DNA of 64,000 nt from an uncultured Gammaproteobacteria bacterium (GCA_964583685.1 CAZOVJ010000001.1:68033-132032); one strand, 5' to 3'; shown: positions 1-9,135, numbered from the stretch's first letter. Program-made: numbers and translations. Notes: generated by a model from the letters alone, not told the origin.

Positions 1-2
1 TC

Positions 3-548
3 GGCGGTGGTGCTGCTGAGGCGGCCGTAATATCTTTAGGCGGCGTGGTTGTTCATAAAAGCGTTCGTATTGCCGGAACCAAGATTGATGAAGCAATCCA
101 ATCTTATTTAAAGAAGAAACATAATTTGATGATTGGAGACCAAACTGCAGAGGATATCAAAATTAAGATTGGTTCAGCGACCAAGCTTAAGAAGGATGAA
201 AAAATTGAGATTTCCGGTAGAGATTCTATTTTCGGACTACCTAGAAGTGTTACTTTGAGCTCTAATGAGATTACTGGGGCCATTAAGCCAGTTCTGATGC
301 AGATAATTGGTGCGGTGAAAGGAGTATTAGAAAATACCCCGCCTGAGTTGGCAGCAGACATAATTGATAAAGGTATAATTATGAGTGGGGGAACAAGTCT
401 GCTGCGCAATTTTGATAGGCTGATGACTGAGGAGACCGGAGTTCCCAGTCATGTTACTGAAAACGCTTTATATTGTGTTGTTAAGGGGACGAGTGTAGTT
501 CTTGAAAATCTTGAACTTTGGAAGAGAAGTGTAATAACCAAGAGATAG
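3..548 (+). CDS. mreB: MreB/Mbl actin-like rod-shape protein, C-terminal ~180 aa; 5' end cut by window edge
   Basis: Frame 3 is open from nt 3 to the first ATG with no stop. The translation (GGGAAEAAVISLGGVVVHKSVRIAGTKIDEAI...) aligns colinearly with the C-terminal half of the full-length MreB at 26537-27604 ([35 protein letters not shown]), roughly 45% identical. Confidence 0.8.
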   Translation, partial: GGGAAEAAVISLGGVVVHKSVRIAGTKIDEAIQSYLKKKHNLMIGDQTAEDIKIKIGSATKLKKDEKIEISGRDSIFGLPRSVTLSSNEITGAIKPVLMQIIGAVKGVLENTPPELAADIIDKGIIMSGGTSLLRNFDRLMTEETGVPSHVTENALYCVVKGTSVVLENLELWKRSVITKR

Positions 549-987
549 TTGTAAAATAGCAAACTACAGGGTAAAGATAAAAGTAAATTTTATTGAAATC
601 GTTGATAAAAATTATTAGTAGGAAATTAGTAAAATATCCCAAAGTGGATGCAAAATGGCTAATTTTAAATCCTGTAGTTAATAAGCTTTAAAGAAAAAAA
701 ATTGCGGATGATTTGAGGATAACTTAGGGTAATCGGGTTTGGTGAATAGGGTATTTTTTGTGCACAATGTTTAGAATTTAGGATTTAGAGTTTAGAGCTT
801 AATAAAAATATAGTATTCTCTTAATTTTTCTAATAGGGGAGAGATAATAAAATTAAAATTCAAAAATCAAAAATTAAATATAGGATTTAGATTTTTCTAA
901 TTTTTCGGAAAAAATTATCGCCTGAATCTTTAAAGACTGGCAAAAAATGAAGCTTTTTACTAAAAATTCAAAAAATTAGCCCAGAAA

Positions 988-1761
988 ATGAACCAGAAAC
1001 ACGAGGAAATTTTAAAAATTAAGCTAGATAGCACTTCCGTAAAGAGAGTGCTAGGGTTTGTGCGCGGGAAACTGGTTGAGAATAAAAAATTTTATATTGT
1101 TACGCCTAATCCTGAGATTGTTATCCTTGCCCAGAAAGATGAGAACTTAGCCGAAGCCTTAAATTCAGCAGACCTGTCTCTAGCTGATGGCATTGGTCTA
1201 GTTTGGGCTGCAGAGTTTTTAGGTCTTTCTGGTCTAAAGAGAGTGGTTCGAGGTAGGGAAGTTTTTTTAGAACTTTGTAAGCTGGCCAATAAAAAAGGCT
1301 GGAAGGTTTTTCTTTTGGGCGGAAAGGAGGGTGTTGCCAAGAAAGTAGCCCGAAATCTGCAAAGTAATTTGAAAAAAATTGTTATTGATTTTGCCACTGG
1401 CCCAGTCTTAGACAAAAAAGCAAAACCTGTTACTAAGAATGATAGTTTGATAGAAAAAGAAACATTAAATCATATTAATAAATTTAAACCTCACCTCTTA
1501 TTTGTTGCTTTTGGAGCGCCCAAGCAGGAAAAATGGCTTAAAAAGTGGTTGACGAAATTAGATATAGGTGGAGCCATGGTTGTTGGTGGAGCATTTGATT
1601 ATTATTCTGGCCGGGTCAAACTGCCGCCAAAATGGATGGAGGAAAACGGTCTGGAATGGCTTTGGCGGTTGCTCCACCAGCCCTGGCGCACTAGAAGAAT
1701 ATTTACTGCAAGCGTAATCTTTCCGATCAAAATAGTCGGAACAAGATTAAAAAGAATTTAA
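988..1761 (+). CDS. WecB/TagA/CpsF-family glycosyltransferase
   Basis: Family-typical layout: N-terminal VTPNPEIV, central LSLADGIGLVWAA, C-terminal GGAFDYYSGRVKLPPKWMEENGLEWLWRLLHQPWR (TagA/WecG signature region). Confidence 0.8.
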   Translation: MNQKHEEILKIKLDSTSVKRVLGFVRGKLVENKKFYIVTPNPEIVILAQKDENLAEALNSADLSLADGIGLVWAAEFLGLSGLKRVVRGREVFLELCKLANKKGWKVFLLGGKEGVAKKVARNLQSNLKKIVIDFATGPVLDKKAKPVTKNDSLIEKETLNHINKFKPHLLFVAFGAPKQEKWLKKWLTKLDIGGAMVVGGAFDYYSGRVKLPPKWMEENGLEWLWRLLHQPWRTRRIFTASVIFPIKIVGTRLKRI

Positions 1762-1881
1762 ACACCAATAGAGTGACCATTTCAACTCTTACTAGAAGCT
1801 TAAACATGCGAGATTTATCTTTATCGTTATGAGTTATCCACCAGCCCATTTCTGCTTCACCAACTTGAGTGGGATCGAATT

Positions 1882-1908
1882 CTATGATTGGCGTGAGGCC
1901 AATCATAG
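1882..1908 (+). terminator. perfect 11-bp inverted repeat (ctatgattggc gtgag gccaatcatag) followed by ttt; candidate terminator after the glycosyltransferase gene or operator before uppS
   Basis: The 11-bp stem and 5-nt loop are directly visible. The T-tract is weak. Confidence 0.3.
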
Positions 1909-1975
1909 TTTGGAAAGTTGCATTGGGTTAAATAAGTTAGGGTTTTGTTGGTTCTAGTATGTTATAATTTTTTTT

Positions 1976-3256
1976 ATGCCCCAAAAAGCAAAAGTTACTC
2001 TTCCAAAGGGAACTAAAGTTCCCGACCACTTAGCCCTTATTCCTGATGGAAACAGACGCTGGGCTAGGGCGCGGGGGCTCTACACTTTGGAAGGGCATAA
2101 GGCTGGTTTTAATAGAGCCGTTGAGCTTGCTCGGGTGGCGAGAGATTGGGGAATCAACACAGTTACTCTTTGGGGCTTTTCAACTGAAAATTGGGACAGA
2201 ACTAAGAAGGAAATTAGTTATTTAATGAGGTTGTATGAAAAGTTGGTCGAGGATCATTTGAAGGAAGCTCGAGAAAAAGAAGTAAAAATTACCCATCTTG
2301 GTAGAAAGGATAGACTACCAACAAGACTTGTTAAAAAGATTGTTCATGCCGAGGAAGTCACAAAAGATAACAGAAAATATTGGATGAATATTGCGATTGA
2401 TTATGGCGGGCACGATGAAATTATTCGGGCAGTCCAGGCGATGATGAAAGATGGCGTTACGGCCGGAGAGGTGGATAAGAAATTGTTTGAGAACTATCTG
2501 GACACAAAAAATCAGCCCTATCCGTATGTTGACCTTTTGATCAGGAGTTCGGGAGAACAGCGAACAAGTGGTTTAATGCCTTGGCAGGCGTATTACGCTG
2601 AGCTGTATTGGTCGGATGTTCATCTTCCGGATTTCGACGTTTATAAATTGAAAAATGCAATTCTGGATTACTCTTGCAGAAGGAGAAGGTTTGGAGGAAA
2701 CGATGTTCTGGGACACCTGAAATTTGAGCCGGAAGTAAGCGCCAAATTGGAACTGGCCTGGTGGAGATTACAAAATATTCCTCAGGGAGAGCGGCTTCGG
2801 GATTATTCAATAAGACATATAAGGGAACAATATGGAGTTTCCAGAAAACTGGCCAAGGAAGCATCCAAATATATGCTTGAGGCGGTTTTCCAGAGGCAGG
2901 CCAAAAAATGGGAGAAAGCCAAGAGGAGCTTGAAGAAATTTTACCGCTTAATTAGAGATGAATTGAAGCTTGCTTTTGAACCAGAGATTATTGCCTCTCT
3001 GGAGGTGAAATTCTGGCAGGGAATAAAAAACCAAAAGAGAGTTGCAGCCGCTTCTGAGGTTGAAGATGTGGCGCGCCAATTTTATGCCGAAACTTATAGG
3101 ATTTCTCTTCTCCAGGCCACTAAGGTAGCTCATTTGCGAGTGATGGCAGCGATCGAGCGGAATTTAGCTGAGGCCGGTCTTGGCGACCAGCATTGGGAAA
3201 GAGCAGGCGATTATTTAGAAAAGTTCTACAAGGCGCTCAAAGACAGAGTCGCTTGA
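1976..3256 (+). CDS. uppS: isoprenyl transferase (undecaprenyl-diphosphate synthase) with a ~190-aa C-terminal helical extension
   Basis: HLALIPDGNRRWA, GH.AG and DLLIRSSGEQRTSGLMPWQAYYAELYW.DV.LPDF are classic cis-prenyltransferase motifs. The canonical domain ends near RRRRFGG at about residue 235, but the ORF runs to 426 aa. Confidence 0.85.
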   Translation: MPQKAKVTLPKGTKVPDHLALIPDGNRRWARARGLYTLEGHKAGFNRAVELARVARDWGINTVTLWGFSTENWDRTKKEISYLMRLYEKLVEDHLKEAREKEVKITHLGRKDRLPTRLVKKIVHAEEVTKDNRKYWMNIAIDYGGHDEIIRAVQAMMKDGVTAGEVDKKLFENYLDTKNQPYPYVDLLIRSSGEQRTSGLMPWQAYYAELYWSDVHLPDFDVYKLKNAILDYSCRRRRFGGNDVLGHLKFEPEVSAKLELAWWRLQNIPQGERLRDYSIRHIREQYGVSRKLAKEASKYMLEAVFQRQAKKWEKAKRSLKKFYRLIRDELKLAFEPEIIASLEVKFWQGIKNQKRVAAASEVEDVARQFYAETYRISLLQATKVAHLRVMAAIERNLAEAGLGDQHWERAGDYLEKFYKALKDRVA

Positions 3257-3315
3257 GAGGTAGGCCAAGCTTCAGGGGGCTTATCTGAGTTTCTGAAATT
3301 ATCATTTTTTGGATA

Positions 3316-3344
3316 TTGACAGGCATGTTGCACTTTGTTATCTT
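3316..3344 (+). promoter_or_regulatory. sigma70-like promoter: TTGACA, 17-nt spacer, TATCTT
   Basis: ttgaca at 3316-3321, a 17-nt spacer and tatctt at 3339-3344, upstream of the HTH gene at 3387. Confidence 0.4.
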
Positions 3345-3386
3345 GTGAGTATCTAAGTTTATAGCTAGGCTCAGGACACTATAAAA

Positions 3387-3602
3387 ATGGCTCAAACCAA
3401 AAAGAAAAGAATCAGATTAGACTCACTTCCTGACCTCCTGACTGTGCGTGAAGTGGCTGAGTTGCTTCGGGTTTCACCCTTAACTGTTAAACGCTGGGGC
3501 AAGAGAGGCAAGCTTCCTCCAATTAGAATTAATTCTCGCGGCGACCGCCGATATAAAAAGGAAGCGGTCTTGTGGCTTCTTGGCATGCAAGATAAGGGCT
3601 AA
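3387..3602 (+). CDS. small excisionase/MerR-type helix-turn-helix DNA-binding protein
   Basis: LTVREVAELLRVSPLTVKRWGKRGKLPPIRINSRGDRRYKKEAV is an XIS-family HTH fold signature. The protein is 71 aa. Confidence 0.6.
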   Translation: MAQTKKKRIRLDSLPDLLTVREVAELLRVSPLTVKRWGKRGKLPPIRINSRGDRRYKKEAVLWLLGMQDKG

Positions 3603-3635
3603 ACTTCTTTAGGTGTTTCGTATTATAATGAATCA

Positions 3636-4490
3636 GTGTCAATATTATTGCATAAGATATTTGTTGTTCTTTGTTTCCTGCTGGCAGTTCTGACAGGATT
3701 CTTTATCAGTTCCTCGGTTTTGTTTGTCAGGGCAAGTGAATTTTCTGGGTCTGTTCTCGCCCAGGAGAGCAATTCAGATGTAGGCCCTTTTGGAAGATTA
3801 TTGGCCGGCCAGACCCTGGGTCCGGTTTGGCCAACAAACCCTTTGAAATATGCTATTCGTTCAGCTGTTGAAGCTGGAGTTCCGGCTAACACCATAGTTC
3901 TTCTTTTACTCCTTCCGGTTGTGGCTGCCGTGATTGCCGGGGCCAGGCACCTGATAGGTGTTCGAGGTTTTGGCATTTTTTTGCCAGCTGCTTTGTCAGT
4001 TGTTTTTGTCGCCACCGGGCCGGTGGTCGGTATTGGACTTTTTTTGATAATTGTTATTGTTTCGACAGCTGTCCGGATGCTTTTGAGGAAAAGTAAGATT
4101 AAATTGCAATACTTGCCCCGAATGGCCCTTTTATTGTGGTTTGTGGTTGTGGCTGTTTTGGGGGTGCTTTTTGCTGTTCCACTTATTAAACAACCGGATA
4201 TTGTTAATGTTTCCATCTTCCCAGTGCTTATTTTGGCCCTTTTGGCCGAGGACTTTGCCAAAGTGCAAATTGGAAAGAGTATCAGAACCGCTGTGAGCCT
4301 GACCACTGAAACTTTAATTTTGGCTCTAATTTCCTTTGCTTTTTTAACCTTTCAACCTTTGCAGGAATTTGCTCTTCTTAATCCGGAAATTTTGCTGCTT
4401 AGCGTTGTTGTTTTTGATATTTTACTAGGAAAGTATGTTGGCTTGCGCTTTAGGGAATTATGGCGATTTAGAAAACTGATTACCAGGTAA
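3636..4490 (+). CDS. polytopic membrane protein (about 7 predicted TM helices), first gene of the ATP-grasp block
   Basis: GTG start, then hydrophobic stretches throughout (LLLLPVVAAVIAGA, IFLPAALSVVFVATGPVVGIGLFLIIVIV, LLLWFVVVAVLGVLFAV and others). It ends 1 nt before the next gene. The antisense ORF 3623-4306 is compositional junk. Confidence 0.5.
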   Translation: MSILLHKIFVVLCFLLAVLTGFFISSSVLFVRASEFSGSVLAQESNSDVGPFGRLLAGQTLGPVWPTNPLKYAIRSAVEAGVPANTIVLLLLLPVVAAVIAGARHLIGVRGFGIFLPAALSVVFVATGPVVGIGLFLIIVIVSTAVRMLLRKSKIKLQYLPRMALLLWFVVVAVLGVLFAVPLIKQPDIVNVSIFPVLILALLAEDFAKVQIGKSIRTAVSLTTETLILALISFAFLTFQPLQEFALLNPEILLLSVVVFDILLGKYVGLRFRELWRFRKLITR

Positions 4491-4491
4491 G

Positions 4492-5793
4492 ATGAAAATT
4501 TCTTCTATTCTTGGTCTTAATGCACGAGCCCAACTTTTTTCTTATCGTTATAATACGGCGCATGGAAGGAGAATTGCTAAATCCAAGATTTTGACCAAGA
4601 AGTATCTAGGCCGGGCCGGGATTCCTATTCCTGAAATGTATGCCAAGTTCAAGCAGGCAAAGGGTATTTTAGGGTTTGATTGGAGTACTCTTCCTTCCTC
4701 TTTTGCTCTAAAACCGGCTAAGGGCTTCGGTGGACAGGGAATAATTGTGGTTAAAAAGAAGGCGAATCCTGCGGCTGCTGGTTGGATAACAACTCAGCGC
4801 CAGCGGGTAAGTGTTGAGGACATGAAGCTTCATGTTTTGGACATTTTGGAAGGTGCGTATAGTATGAGTAATGTTCCAGATATGGCTTTTATTGAGGAAT
4901 ATATAGGTAGACATAAAGCCTTTCGTAAGTATACCTATCGAGGAACACCGGATATTCGGGTAATTGTTTTCAATAAAGTACCAATTATGGCCATGCTCAG
5001 ATTACCGACAAAGGAATCGGGAGGCCGGGCCAATCTTCATCAAGGAGCGATTGCCGTGGGCATTGATATTGCCACTGGGATTACCACCGGTGCTTGCTGG
5101 AAAGGGAGATACTTGCGCCGTAAACCGGGAACGAAAAGGAAACTTCATGGAATAAAAATACCCAATTGGACCAGGGTTTTAGAAATGGCCGTAAACTGTA
5201 GCCAAGCAGCAGAACTGGGCTATTTGGGAGCGGACATTGTTCTTCATCCGGAAAAAGGGCCAATGGTTTTGGAATTAAATTATCAACCGGGGTTGCAGAT
5301 TCAATTTGCCAACAGAGCAGGTTTAAAAAAAAGATTGGAACGGGTGGAGGATTTGGAAGTTAGGGATGCAGAACATGGCGTGAAGATTGCCAAAGCTCTT
5401 TTTGCTGAAAAATTTGCCGACCGGGTGATGGCTGCAGAAGGAATAAGAACGGTTAATATTATTGAGAGCATTAAGATTAAGGCCAGAAACGGGAAAAAGA
5501 TTGTTGTTCCGGCAAAAATTGATACTGGTGCTTGGAGAACTTCAATTGATAAAACTCTAGCCCAGGATCTAGACCTTCTTACTAAGGATAATATTCTTTG
5601 GCAAAAAACTGTATGGAGCTCTTTGGGCAAGGAGAAGCGGCCAATAATCGGGGTGACCTTTTGGTTAAAGGGCAAGAAGATCAAGACCGCGGCCGGGGTT
5701 GCCGATAGGAGCAAATTGAGAAACCAGTTGATTATTGGGAGGCAAGACCTGGTTGGTTTTAGGGTCAATCCGGTCAAGGAAGATGAAAAGTAA
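4492..5793 (+). CDS. ATP-grasp ligase (alpha-L-glutamate-ligase-related family) fused to a C-terminal retropepsin-like DTGA aspartic-peptidase-like domain
   Basis: N-terminal and central ATP-grasp features (GLNARAQLFSYRYN, KSKILTKKYLGRAGIPIPEMY, GGQGIIVV, ELNYQPGL). The C-terminal ~110 aa contain KIVVPAKIDTGAWRTSID, a clan-AA D-T-G-A motif typical of the so-called RimK-associated 'Zn-protease' (retropepsin-like) family. Confidence 0.7.
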   Translation: MKISSILGLNARAQLFSYRYNTAHGRRIAKSKILTKKYLGRAGIPIPEMYAKFKQAKGILGFDWSTLPSSFALKPAKGFGGQGIIVVKKKANPAAAGWITTQRQRVSVEDMKLHVLDILEGAYSMSNVPDMAFIEEYIGRHKAFRKYTYRGTPDIRVIVFNKVPIMAMLRLPTKESGGRANLHQGAIAVGIDIATGITTGACWKGRYLRRKPGTKRKLHGIKIPNWTRVLEMAVNCSQAAELGYLGADIVLHPEKGPMVLELNYQPGLQIQFANRAGLKKRLERVEDLEVRDAEHGVKIAKALFAEKFADRVMAAEGIRTVNIIESIKIKARNGKKIVVPAKIDTGAWRTSIDKTLAQDLDLLTKDNILWQKTVWSSLGKEKRPIIGVTFWLKGKKIKTAAGVADRSKLRNQLIIGRQDLVGFRVNPVKEDEK

Positions 5794-6691
5794 AAAGATT
5801 TTGATTATTGCTGGTGGCGGCAAAGGACATCTTGGGCTATTCAAAAAGGAGGCAGAAAAGCTGGCAATAGATTTAAAAACAGCCTCTTTTTCAGAACTGG
5901 AGTATTTAACAAGAGAAAAGAAATTTAGACTAAAAATCGCTAATCAAGATGTTTCTTTATTCGACTTGATATATATCAGGTTGGTGGGAAAGCGTTTCGA
6001 AGATGCTGCCCTTTTGATTGATTATGCTCTGGCAAACAGGGTAAGGATTGTAGACAGAATTTATGAAAAAGCCCAGTTTATTAGGCTTCCCCTAGCCAAG
6101 TCTTTAGAAACAGAACTTTTACTTCAAGCCGGTATTCCTGTTCCTAGAAGTTTTTTTTCTAGTCTTTTGAGAATTAGAGAGAAATGTCCAGAACTTTTCG
6201 GTTTCCCCTTTGTGATTAAAGGTACAACTGGTAAACAGGGTCGTGCTGTCTGGTCGCCAAGGAATCCTGATGAACTAGAGGACTTGCTGGGGAAGTTGGG
6301 GCCGATTGAAAGCAGGGGCGGGAGATTTCTGGCTCAAGAATTTATTAAGGCCAGCCAGAGGAATAGGGTCTTGGTTATTGGTGGACAGGCAGTGGCCGCT
6401 ATAACTCGACCGACTCGCTGGAGAAGACGCTTTATTGAAAAAGTCAACGGTCAGTTCCCAGAAGGTAAAAAACATGGATTAATACCAGTGCCAAAAGAAG
6501 ATAGCGAGCTGGCAGTTACCGCGGCAAAATCTCTGGATATTGATGTGGCTGGTGTAGATATTATTCATGAAGATGCGACAGATAAAGCCTATGTATTGGA
6601 GGTAAATTCCGCTCCCCGCTGGGAGTCAATAAGAGAAGATACGGGAATCAATCCAGAAAGGGAAATTGTCAAATTTCTGGCCAAATTGTAA
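5783..6691 (+). CDS. RimK-family ATP-grasp ligase (alpha-L-glutamate ligase-like)
   Basis: MKSKKILIIAGGG start overlaps the previous gene by 11 nt. FVIKGTTGKQGRAVW, LAQEFIK and VLEVNSAPRWESI match RimK/GshB-type ATP-grasp motifs. Confidence 0.75.
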   Translation: MKSKKILIIAGGGKGHLGLFKKEAEKLAIDLKTASFSELEYLTREKKFRLKIANQDVSLFDLIYIRLVGKRFEDAALLIDYALANRVRIVDRIYEKAQFIRLPLAKSLETELLLQAGIPVPRSFFSSLLRIREKCPELFGFPFVIKGTTGKQGRAVWSPRNPDELEDLLGKLGPIESRGGRFLAQEFIKASQRNRVLVIGGQAVAAITRPTRWRRRFIEKVNGQFPEGKKHGLIPVPKEDSELAVTAAKSLDIDVAGVDIIHEDATDKAYVLEVNSAPRWESIREDTGINPEREIVKFLAKL

Positions 6692-6701
6692 AATATAGGG
6701 T

Positions 6702-8669
6702 ATGGCTGAAGGAGAAAGTGTTCCTCATGACCCAAATTTTCCTCCTGCTCCGTACCCTTTTCCTGAAAGGGCTTCTGGGATAGTCGAGAAAATATCTCTC
6801 CCAAATGAAATTCCCTTAACCCTAGAGCAAAGGCAGACTCTATTGGGGTTTGAAGAAGGACTTTTTGAAGAAGTAAAGAGATTAAAAGGAATCTTGGTAG
6901 ATATTCACACAATTTACCCTAAGGCTTTTACTAGAGGAAAAGGAGCCCGCTTGTTTGCGGCCGTTTATCTGGATGAGAGCTTAGGAGAACGGATAATTGG
7001 GGTGGCAAGGAAACATGGAGTTGAGTTGGAGGATAGAAAAACGACCGAAGATGAAAAAAGAGAAATTTATGATGCTTTCTTTGATGACCTTTTAGAAATC
7101 TCGAGCTCAGAGAATAAGTTTTTAAGATATCAACAAGAGGGAATAAGATTTCGAAGATTTACTGCTTCTTTAGGAATAGAGGATGACCTTATTAGACTTA
7201 AAGGGGAAATTACAGATGGTGCTGAACTTGATGAAGAGCTAATCAGAAGTCATTTTATATCTGGAGATTTAAAGAGAGTACCTGAAAGAATAAGAAAAAG
7301 AGCTGGAAATTACTCATCAGATTTTGCGAGAAAAGAATTTATCCAAAAGTTCAGGAAAGCTAAAGGTGATATAACCAAGGTTTCCAATCCTGAGAGAGTT
7401 AGTAGGGTTGTAGATATCCAGCAGTTTAATAAAAAAATAAAAGGCTGGAGAGCTCTTAAGAGAAGAATTAAAGATACACGGAGAGGACTTAAAGATAGTA
7501 ACTTGAGCCAAGCAAAGGAGGCAGTACTTAATCTTTACCAAAGATTTATTAATGTTCAAATAGCTGGTTTGCATGAAGGGGACAGGGTGATAGCAACGCG
7601 CCCAAAGGGAACAATTAATCGGCCTTCGCGGACGATGCAGAGAATAGATCGTTTTTTACAAGGAGTTGGGATATATCAGGAAGCTCAGGGTCTTAGATAC
7701 AGAGCAACTACTCAAATACTAGACGAGTATGCTCAGGTAAAGATCACCGAAACTGTAAGGGTTGAGAAAAGAAGCGTACTTGAGAGGAGTATGGTTAATG
7801 CGGATCAGGCTGTGCGACTGGGGCAGTTAATTCTCAATTTAGCTGGATTTGATAACTGGAGGGTGATTAAATCAGACACTGTCAAAAGTTTCAAAATACA
7901 GGAGAAGAAGACAAAAGAGACGGGAGGGGAAGAACGTGTTTGTTGTTTGCTGGTTCCCTCGTCTTTGACTAGATCGGTAAGGAGAACTATTGTGGGTTTC
8001 GCTAGTGAATTAGCTCATATCTCCAGAATAGAGGCCAAGAGATCCGCCTTTAAAGGAAACCTTTATTTATTTGAAGAATATACATCGGGGAGGGGTGGTG
8101 TTTTAGCAGAGGGTGCAGATAAATATTTTTCTAATACAGTCAGTAGAATGCTAGGAGGAAGAGGAGGTGGCGCCCTACCTTATTATTATTTGATTATTAA
8201 AAAGAAAGCAGAAGGCGCTAGTTTTAAGGAGTGTTTTCTTGCAAATCTTCAGGTCAGGCTGAATAGGGAGGGGAAGACCTGGAAAAGTATTTTACCTGAT
8301 GAAGAGGGAATGAGAAGAGTATATAATGCGACCCTGAGGATTTTTCGCAGACACACCCCCCTGAATGATACTTCTGGATTTGTGCCGGATTCCAGACAAC
8401 TTTGTTATCTTGAAGGAGAATTGGTGGGTAGGAAACTGATTGAGGCTGGTTTGGGTAAATTGGTTTTTCTTTCAGGTGTTGACCTTTATTCATTGGCAGA
8501 TATTACTAGGCTTGGGGTTCTTAATCTTTCTGAGATAAAAGAACAAGACTTGAGTTTTATTGGCAGGCTTGGGAAATCTCTCACGTCATCTCTATCCTCT
8601 GGAAAAAGTATGGATCAGGCTTTAAAAGAAGCAGAAGAGCTTCGGCCCAAGACCACTTCACAATTGTGA
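6702..8669 (+). CDS. hypothetical protein, 655 aa, last gene of the ATP-grasp block
   Basis: Long uninterrupted ORF 10 nt after the RimK-like gene, with ordinary codon use and no recognisable motifs. It contains the Gly-rich segments GGRGGGALPYYY and SGRGG. Confidence 0.5.
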   Translation: MAEGESVPHDPNFPPAPYPFPERASGIVEKISLPNEIPLTLEQRQTLLGFEEGLFEEVKRLKGILVDIHTIYPKAFTRGKGARLFAAVYLDESLGERIIGVARKHGVELEDRKTTEDEKREIYDAFFDDLLEISSSENKFLRYQQEGIRFRRFTASLGIEDDLIRLKGEITDGAELDEELIRSHFISGDLKRVPERIRKRAGNYSSDFARKEFIQKFRKAKGDITKVSNPERVSRVVDIQQFNKKIKGWRALKRRIKDTRRGLKDSNLSQAKEAVLNLYQRFINVQIAGLHEGDRVIATRPKGTINRPSRTMQRIDRFLQGVGIYQEAQGLRYRATTQILDEYAQVKITETVRVEKRSVLERSMVNADQAVRLGQLILNLAGFDNWRVIKSDTVKSFKIQEKKTKETGGEERVCCLLVPSSLTRSVRRTIVGFASELAHISRIEAKRSAFKGNLYLFEEYTSGRGGVLAEGADKYFSNTVSRMLGGRGGGALPYYYLIIKKKAEGASFKECFLANLQVRLNREGKTWKSILPDEEGMRRVYNATLRIFRRHTPLNDTSGFVPDSRQLCYLEGELVGRKLIEAGLGKLVFLSGVDLYSLADITRLGVLNLSEIKEQDLSFIGRLGKSLTSSLSSGKSMDQALKEAEELRPKTTSQL

Positions 8670-8703
8670 TGTTTAAATAATCCACCCAATAGTAAGTGTT
8701 GAT

Positions 8704-9132
8704 TTACTTGAGTTCGACGGTTGCGCCGGCAGCCTTGAGTTTGTCGCTGGCTGCTTTAGCATCTTCTGCTTTGGCATCCTTTAAAATTTCAGTTGGCAAT
8801 TTCTCGGTCATGTCTTTTGCCTCTTTTAAGCCGATATTTTGGTCAATTTCCCTAATAGCTTTGATGACGGAAATTTTATTTTCACCAGTTGCAGTGATAA
8901 CTACTGTTTGGCTGGCGGCAGCGGTTGTGGGAGTAGCCTCGCTTGCCTTGGTTTCTTTTTCAGCTTGTGGGGCCGGGGCAACCGCGGCCATTTGGCCGGA
9001 AACACCAAGCTTGTCTTGAAGGGCTTCAACCAATTCGGAAAGCTCTAAAACTGAAAGTTTGGCAACTTGGTCAACTATTTTTTTGACCTTAGCCGAGACC
9101 TTGTTTTTGTTTGTTGCCATAATTTTCACCAC
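8704..9132 (-). CDS. rplL: 50S ribosomal protein L7/L12
   Basis: MATNKNKVSAKVKKIVDQVAKLSVLELSELVEALQDKLGV, an Ala/Pro hinge and a C-terminal domain ending KAAGATVELK. Confidence 0.9.
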   Translation of the reverse strand: MVKIMATNKNKVSAKVKKIVDQVAKLSVLELSELVEALQDKLGVSGQMAAVAPAPQAEKETKASEATPTTAAASQTVVITATGENKISVIKAIREIDQNIGLKEAKDMTEKLPTEILKDAKAEDAKAASDKLKAAGATVELK

Positions 9133-9135
9133 CTT

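Noticed and set aside
3623-4306. 227-aa minus-strand ORF antisense to the 7TM membrane-protein gene
   Set aside because: The Lys/Thr/Ala-rich low-complexity translation is typical of the antisense of a hydrophobic-protein gene. The plus-strand ORF is co-directional with the abutting ATP-grasp operon.
5301-5777. 158-aa minus-strand ORF inside the ATP-grasp::retropepsin gene
   Set aside because: Antisense to a gene with clear ATP-grasp and DTGA motifs. No independent signals.
8696-9048. Two plus-strand ORFs (107 and 69 aa) overlapping rplL
   Set aside because: Antisense to a well-conserved L7/L12 gene. Ala/Ser-rich translation is the mirror of the L12 hinge codons.
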